From Nitrospinaceae bacterium (GTDB taxonomy: Bacteria; Nitrospinota; Nitrospinia; Nitrospinales; Nitrospinaceae), in NCBI GenBank assembly GCA_965237905.1, contig OZ250172.1, forward strand, positions 2,336,001 through 2,400,000: 64,000 nucleotides of DNA, read 5' to 3'. A program made the translations under genes and the position numbers. Under the pieces are notes generated by a model. The model saw only the letters and a list, made by a program, of their open reading frames with translations. It was not told the origin of the DNA and searched no databases. This document shows positions 42,901 through 51,900 of the stretch, piece after piece. Position 1 is the stretch's first letter. Every line of letters starts with the position of its first letter.

Positions 42901-45900
42901 GACCCTGTTCGAGTTTAATATTCCGTTCGAGCGGCCAGCCATTTTGGCCAGTCAGAGCGGAGACACCTTGACGCTCAACATCGGTTCGAGCGCCGCACAA
43001 CGGCTGAACGGCAATACCAGTGATATCTCGGAATCGGTGATCGTGGAATCGGTGGGCGGCGGCGGTGTCATCGTTTATTCCGATCAGTTCAACGTGAACC
43101 GGACGGTGGCTTCAATCAGCCCGTTCTTCGGTGTGACCAAAATCGTCGCCGACGGCGGGGCCGGGAACGATGTCATTGATCTCAGTGGAATGACGGATAC
43201 CGGTATCGTTGCTGAAATCGAGGGTGGTGAAGGCGATGATGTCATCACCGGCGGTTGGGGCGATGATGTGCTGATCGGCGGCGGCGGCCGGGATACGATC
43301 CGCGGGAATAAAGGAAAGGACGAAATCTTCGGCGGCCTTGGAAACGATATGCTTTTTGGTGACGACGGCGATGATTTCCTCTTCGGCGAAGCGGGGGACG
43401 ATGAGCTGGACGGCGGCTTGGGCGCGGATACCCTGGACGGCGGCGTGGGCAACAATTTTTACACCCGAAGTGCTGGTGCAGACGTGTTTACCCTGTTGAA
43501 TACGGGAAGCACGCAATTCATTGAGGGCAATGCGGGCACTCCGGAGCTGAATCTGACCGAGCTGTTCGGCGGCGGTTTTACGTTGCCGACTTCGTTTGAC
43601 ATATTCCTGAAGGATGGTTCCATCCTGGTGGGTTCCGGCGAAAGGCTGACAGGCGTCGCCGTCCACGATATTTTGAATGATCCTTTTGATTTCCTCATCC
43701 CCGACGACGTTCCCGACTTCTACGAACACCAGATTTTTGTGGAAGATGCTTCCGGGTTTGCGAAAATCGTAGGCGGCGAATTTTCGGACAACTTTTATGT
43801 TGTGGATACCCCGAATGCGATGACCCTGGATGGCGGCATCGGTGCCGATCATTATTTCCTGATCACCAGTGACGCGATCGGCAATTCGACCATCACGGCG
43901 ACGATTGACGATCAGGGTGAAGGGCTGGCTGAGGCGAACACGATTGAAATCGTCGATCTGGATGAATTCGATGTACTTGATGTATTTGATGAAAACGGTG
44001 TGCTGATACCCGGTTTTAATTTTGCCAGTCATCAGGACGACGTCATCATTAGGGAAGATTCCATTATTCTTGATGCAGGTAGTGGCACTCCCGATACCAT
44101 TACCTATGTGTCTCCCGCAGGTGTATTCAATACCGACCAACTCGTTATCAACGTTCGTACTCTCGGTATGGATGACTTGATAACGGTTGAAAGCACTTCG
44201 TTGACCGTACCGGTACGGGTCGAAGGTGGCGCGGGTGATGACAAGATCGTTGTCGGCGGTATTGCCGCGGGTATCGATGAAATCAAGTCGATCCTGCAAC
44301 CCGGCGGTAATGGCAACGTAGGTTTCGGTCCCCTGGTTCTAGTGGGCGGCGCAGGTACCGACACGGTGGTGGTCGACGATAGTCAGGATACGTCCAATGA
44401 TACCGGTAACATCGCGGCCTTCCTCGAAACCCGTGAAGTGGAGCCCGTGGACATGGGAGGTAGCACCAATTTTACCGATGATTTCGAGGTCGGCGTGATC
44501 AGCGGCCTGGGTATGAGATTTAAGGTTCAAGATGGTGTTGTGGACGATTTTGATGAGGATACCGTTGATGTCGATCCTATTTTCGATCCACTGCAGGAAC
44601 AGGACGGCCGGATCGAGTTCGAAGGGTTTGAGATTGCCCAGGTATTGATGGGCGGAGGGAACGACATTTTCACCGTGGGCGGGGCTTTCAATCTCGATAA
44701 TGACGATTCTCAAGCCGGTACTGCGGATCCGCTGATGAACACCACTACCAAACTCAGCGTACTGCGTCTTGCCGATGATCTCATGCTTGATTCCTCTGTG
44801 GGCATCAAAGAGAACCTCCATACCTTCTCCGGCATGACGATCGTTGATGGCGGATTGGGCGAAGATGACATCCGCGTCTTGCAGACCCAGGCGTTGAATC
44901 AGCAGGCGAGCCCGAACGTGACCACCACGGTAATCCAGAATGGTGATCGCGCAATCCCCCAGCAGGAGATTGTGCGCCTCGACATATTTGAAGACATCGG
45001 CTTCTTCGTGCTGGAGTTTGCCGATCGAAGTTTGGATGACAGCGACCCCTCCGATGACGAGGCCGTACCCGGCGCTCAGCAAACCGTAGTTCTTACTTAC
45101 AAGTTTGATGGAACGGCTGAACAGCAAGAGAATCTCATCAAAGAAGCGTTGGCCGATCTGCGGTTGGTTGGCGGTCTCGACTTCGTTGATGAGGTCAACC
45201 TGTTGGGGACGCCGTTTGGGGACGCCAAACGTTCGTTCGAGATCAAGTTTTCGAGCCAGCTCAGCGATCTGCCGGTACTGCAGGTCTTCGACACACGCCT
45301 CCTGGTGGATGGCAACGCAGGTGATGACGTCATCAGCATCCAATCCATTGATCAGCCGACCTACGTACTCGGCGGCGGTGATAATGATGAACTCAATGCC
45401 AATGTCGAAATCGGCATTGGCGGCCCGATCCTCGATAATCCACCTACACCGTTGAACGAGCAGATCGCGCAGAAGGCGATCGCCAATGGTGTCATGGACC
45501 TCTTGACCCTGGACGGCGGGGAAGAGGGCGACCAATACCTGGTTTATCTGTTCGGTGGCGGTGTCAACTCACAGATCAACCTGTTCGATTCCGGAGCATC
45601 CACCGACGACTCCGGCCTCATCCTTGGGACTGATGCTGCCGATCTGTTCCTGCTGCGTGCCGCGGTTGCCGATGACGGCCTGGCCTTCGTCGCGATGTTG
45701 AAGCCCCCGGTTGTGGGAGATGCGGTCGACGTTGAGCGCATCAACTATCGCGGTTCCCTCGATTCGCTGGATCTCTTTGGCCTGGGCGGCGATGATGCTT
45801 TCGGTATCGATGACACACGCATCAACATGAATGTCTATGGCGGCTTGGGTGAAGACTTCTTCCAGATCGGCCAGCTTTACAAGTCGCAGCGTAATGCGGT

Positions 45901-48900
45901 GGCGGGTGTGCGGAATGCGGATGTGTTCACCACTATCGAGACCACCCGGGGATTCCTGTCCAACGGCATCACCGCGCCGATGACCATCTTCGGCGGCAAG
46001 AACAACGACGAATTCGTCGTTTTTCACAACCTGGCACCACTGGTGCTGAACGGGGATGATGGAGACGACAGTTTCCTGATCCGCGCATTCGCGTTGGTCG
46101 GCTCGCAGGAAGATCTGCGTGAGCGTACCGATGTCAGCGGCGGCGCCGGTGCCGACTTGATCCGCTATGCCGTTAACGCTCCGGTCAACATCGATGGCGG
46201 CGACGGCTTCGATACCGTGATTGTCATTGGAACCGAGTTCAACGATGATTTCGTGATTACGGAAGATGGTATCTTCGGCGCCGGACTCAATATTCAGTTC
46301 ACCCGCGTTGAGACGGTGGAAGTAGACGGCGCCGAAGGTGACGACCGTTTCTTCATCCTCGGAACCAGCGCCGGCATTTTGACCAAGATTACCGGCGGGC
46401 TGGGCAGTGACACGTTCTTCGGCAACGGGCCGACCCCCGATGTGGTCAGTAACGATCTGTTGGGCCACAGTGGCTTGATCTCGCACAGTGTCGATACCGA
46501 TCTCATTGACCCGGCAAGCAGTTTCTTCGCCGGCATCAAGGTGGAAGGGATTTCGGCCAACGTCGTCGATAACGACGAACCCGCGATCCGGGTGATTATT
46601 TCCGATGGCACCTCGGTCGTTTCTCAAATCGATGGCCTGTTCGACACCTATGGGATCGTGTTGGCGCGTAAGCCTGAGAATGGAGCCGAGGTAATCGTCA
46701 CTTCCTTCGCGCCGCGTGGAATCCGGTTCACCTCGGATAAAGATGGCACCGTCGGCGATGGTGGCAAGTCGATAGCGCTTAAATTCACCGCCTTGACCTG
46801 GAATACAGTCCAGACGGTTTCGTTTGTTGCCGACGAAAGTGGTGATGCGGCGATTACCGTTATCGAGCCGGGGGGCATGGGCAGCGATGCGGTTCAAATC
46901 CTTGGGCTGGGTGCTACCGAGGGTACTTTCACCATTTCATCTGACAGCGATGCCGACGGTTTGATCAATTTCACTACGGCGGATATCTCATTTGATATTC
47001 GCGATCTGAATGATGATGACGAAGAAGACGCCCTTGATATGCTCGGTACGGATATTCAGAGTGCGCTGAATGCCAAGATCATGGGTTCGGGAGGTGTCAT
47101 CGCTGATGTGACGCGGATCGGCAAGAGTTTTGTCATCACCTTCCTGAATACGGACGCGCTCGTCAATGGCGTCGATAAACTGGAAACGGATACAACGAAT
47201 CTCACTGCAAACGATTTTATCGGCACCTCAGCGGGTTTCATCACTCACGACGTCTCCGTGGTCGGTGAGGGCGATTCCATCAGCGGTAAGTTCGTAAGTT
47301 CCGATGTTGACGGGCAACGTGCTGGAATGGCAACCGTGACGCCGGTGACCGACGGCGATATGATAGAAAATGAAGTGCAGTTCCTCTCCTTCGATGCTTC
47401 GGACGGATTTTTCTTCGTGAGCCTGGAGGATCCGAACAATCCGGGACAGATCCTCACCAGTGAGGAAATGCTGTTCATCCCGTTCGATGCGACCCGGGTC
47501 GGGGAGTCCATCAGTGCGGCTCTCAATGCGATGGCGGGTATCGAAGCGGTTGTCACCCACGTGGGTGCCACCGATCTCGATTACGAATATGAAATCGAGT
47601 TTATAGGCGTCAGCGCGAATACAGATATCAGTTTCCTGAGCGTCGATGACAGCAATCTGACCAAGGGTGAGCGCACGATCGGGATTGTCGGTGGATTGCC
47701 GCCGTGGGTTCTGGCGCAGGGCGACGACATTTTGCGCGGTGCCACGATCAAGATCATCGCTGGCGCCGGGATCGGCCAGACGCGCCTCGTTATCGAGAAT
47801 ACCGCCGACACGATCACGGTGGCCAACCCCTGGATTGAGCCGCTGGATGTAACCAGCCGGATCGAGATTCTCCGCTATGCCGGTGTGGTCCTGCCGGCTA
47901 CGTTGGTGGAGATTGTCGGTGACGATGGTAAAGAAATTGATCTGCGCGAGACCGGTGGAGAAACCTTTGCGCTCGAAGCACCGGAGATTCACGGCTTTGT
48001 CGATGGAGACTTTGATTTCCTCGATGATGACAACACGCTGGGACTGGTGGACACGATTACCGTATCCCTGACCAGCGCGCCGACTAGCGATGTCACGGTG
48101 ACTTTCGATTCGGACGATGCGTTCGATAATACGCAACTTTTCTTCGCGGTTGAGACGGCGGGCGGTCAGTTCCAGCTTATTGATGAAATAACGGGTCTCG
48201 TTTTTGACGATAACGACCTTGCAGCTAACTCCTGGAAAAACCAGCAGACCGTCTACGTTTTTGGCACAGACGACACTCTGACGGAAGGTTTCCATAAGGG
48301 TGTGCTGACCTTGACCGCCACCGGTGGCGGCTATAACGCGACCTCCTCCATCGTCGTTGATATCGGTGACAACGAGGTGGCGGGCGTGATGGTTATTGAA
48401 AACGATAACTCCACTGACGTCGTTGAAATCGATCCGCTTGCCTTCCCCATCGGGCTCGAGAGTCAAACTCAAAGCGGCAATGTATTTACGGGTAACGTTC
48501 TGACATTCGATTTTAATGTGAGTGGCTTGGCACCCGTGGGAGATGGGGTGCTCACGGTTTCGGGCATCGCCGATTTAGACCTCAGTTCTGAATTTCTCAC
48601 GCTTGATGCCGAAGGCATCATTGTACAAAATCTGTTCGTGACGGGTGGGTCGCAAGGTGGGTCGGTGACGACCGACGTCAATTTGACAAAAGAACAGCTT
48701 GAGACTCTGGGCGCCGACGGCACGATCACCTTTACCGTTACACCGTCTGCGGCTGTGGGTAGCTTCATCACCGATAACGAACTGACATTGGATTTGACGT
48801 ACCCCACCGGTGTCTTTACCGAAAATCAACCTCAAAGCGGCAATGTATTTACGGGTAACACTCTGACCTTCGATTTTAATGTGAGTGGGGTGACGCCTCA

Positions 48901-51900
48901 AGGCGATGGGGTGCTCGCGGTTTCAGCCATTGCCGACTTAAACTTCTTTACTGAATTTCTCACGCTCGATGCCGAAGGCATTGTTGTTCAGAATCTGTTT
49001 GTCTCGGGCGGGTCGCAAGGTGGTCTGTCGACGACCGAGGTCAGTTTTACCAAGGCGCAACTCGAGACTCTGGCGGCCGATGGCGTAATCACCTTTACCG
49101 TTACACCGTCGGCGGCTGTGGGTAGCTTTATTAGCAATAACAAATTGACATTGGATTTGACGTTCGGCACCGATGAGGTGTTCTCGAATTTTCCGACCAG
49201 TGATTCGTACCAGTTGGTGTTGACCAAGGCGCCAGAGATCGGGGAGACCGTGGAGGTTAACCTGTCCGCGGATCTGACCCGTACCCAGCGTGGTGCCGGG
49301 CTCCTGGGTATCCGGGCGTTCGAGCAGGAAGTCGTGCTGTCGAGCGATTCCCTGACTTTCGACACGAGCAACTGGTTCCTGCCGCAGGCGGTCACGGTCA
49401 CAGCGTTGGATGACGACCGGGTGGACGGCAGTGATTCCAAGTCCTTCCCGACCCTGCTCGATCAGGCCAACAGCATCGAAGGTCCGCTCGAGATCACCGG
49501 CGGGCTCTCCGCAGACCGCTCCGCAGACCTCGAGCGCGAACCGGTGGTTCTGCCCGGCGAAACCAACTTCAAACCCTCTATCGGGACCGTGCAGGCAACT
49601 CCGCCGGGTGAAGATCCATCTTTTACCCTGACCATAGATCTGGATGAGATCATCGACGGCGCAACCATTATCGATACCCTGGTGAACGGTGGCACGGACG
49701 GTGTCACCAGAGTGACGACTAACACCAATGGCGATACCTTGGTGCAAGAAGTTCAGATTCTCACTATCGACGCAGTCAGCGGTAAATTCAAACTATCGCT
49801 CGACGGTGGAACGAACAAGACGGTCGACATCAACTACGATCCCTCCGATCTGGAAGCCGTCGCAACCGCTATCAAGAACGCCCTCCAGCCTCTTCCGGGA
49901 TTCGAGATTGTCGATGTGACCGCTTCAGGGACCTCTTTTGTCATCACCTTCCTTGCTGGGGCCGATCATCCGCTCCTCGAGGTTTTCGATCCAGTTACTC
50001 CGATCGGCGATTTCGAAACAGGTACCTTTAGCGGTTGGGATACCACGGGTACAACCAGCATCGAGACGGCAGCCTTTGGCAGCGGCCCAACGGAGGGAAC
50101 CTTCCAGGCCCTGCTCTCGACCTTCAATGACACCACCAATCCCACAACTAGTGATACCGACCTCGAGACGTTCCTGGGACTGGCGGCGGGCAGCTTGGAC
50201 GGCTTAAACACTGGCGACGCCACCGAAGGTTCGGCCATCCGCCGCACGGTGACGGTACAGGCCGGGGACGAGCTTAGCTTTGATTGGAACTTCTTGACCG
50301 ACGAGTTTACACCGGGCTCCCTTTCTTTCAACGATTTTGCTTTTGTGTCGATTGCGGGCACTGCCTCCGAACTGGCGGACACGAATAGTTTTTTCTTGGG
50401 GTCTCTGACTGTCGACTTTAACGAAGAGACCGGTTTCGATACGTTCACGCATACGTTTGCCACGGCAGGTACTTTCACCATCGGGGTGGGGGTGATCGAC
50501 GTGGATGACACAGGTGTCGATTCCGGCCTCCTGGTGGACAATTTCAAGTTGGTGAGCACGGCAGAGTTTTTAACTCGCGTGGGCACTGAAGTCGATTTCG
50601 ATCCATCGAATCATACTGAACAGGTGCTGACGGTTCACGGCAATGGAGGTAGCTTCAAGTTGAAGGTGGGCGCCAACCCCGCAACCGCTGATATCAATTT
50701 TTCACCGGATAACCCCTCGGTCATTCAAGCTCAGGTAATTGAGAACGCGCTCAATGCCGTTTTGGTCGGAAACACCGCCGACGTATCCGGTTCCGGATCG
50801 GTTTACGTCATTACATTCGACTCTGATCCGCTTGTGCCACTCACCGTTCTTGACGAAGATCTGCGGGTCGACGAGGTTCAGACTCTCACGATCAACGCCA
50901 GCAGTGGCGATTTCCGTCTGTCGCTGGACGGTGGCGTGACTTTCGCGCCTGATATATTAGACCCGGCTCTTACCAGTAGCGTGACCGAGACGGAGCTGGC
51001 GCAGGCGATCGAAGCTCTTGGTTTTACAGATGTGACGGTTGTGAAAGACGCGAATGATCCTTTCTACACGATCATCTACAATGGCCCGGGGGGTGAAGAC
51101 GTGCCCCAGATCGAAGTGGTCGAGTCGACTCTCCTGCGCACGGTGAAGGAAGCGCTTGAAACCAACCTCAGTACGACCATTGATGGACCTGATGATCTGA
51201 AAGATTTCGCTATCGAGATTACCCAGGGCGATGGCAAGAACAAGATCCGCGTGATCATTGGAAGTAGCGATCCGAATAACTCACCTGATGGACTCATTCT
51301 TACTGTATCCCGTCCGTGGGAAGGCGGCCTGACGGATGAGGTTCCATCGGTACTTGGTTTGAGCGAGTTTACCATCGAGAAGGTCAACCGCAACCTCCTG
51401 GTCGATGAGAATGAAGAAACTGATTTCTTCTTCCTGAATGACACCGACAACGTGACATCCATTGGAGAATTGCCGACCGCAGAGCTCATCATTACTGCCG
51501 ACCGGCTCCGGGGGCTGGGTATGGGCGGCGATCAGATGATCGGCGACAAACTGGTTGAAGGCGGAATTCGCTACACCGGCCTTGAAGAGTTGATTATCAA
51601 TCTGGGTTCCGGTGACAACCGCATTGTGATTGAAGATACCCAGCCCGGCGCAACGACCATCAACGCGGGCGACGGCGACGACACCTTCTTCGTCAAGAGT
51701 CTCAGCGGCCACACGTTCCTGAATGGTTCGGCGGGCGCGGATGTGTTCAATGTGGACAATGGCACCGGCAAGCTCGAAGACATCAACGCGTTGCTCACCG
51801 TGACCGGGGATGTAGCGCAGGCGGTTGCATTGACCCTCGGCAAGGGCTCCGAACCTGATCTGATTGCTAATGTCGAAGGTGTCGATGAGGTTCAGCAGAT

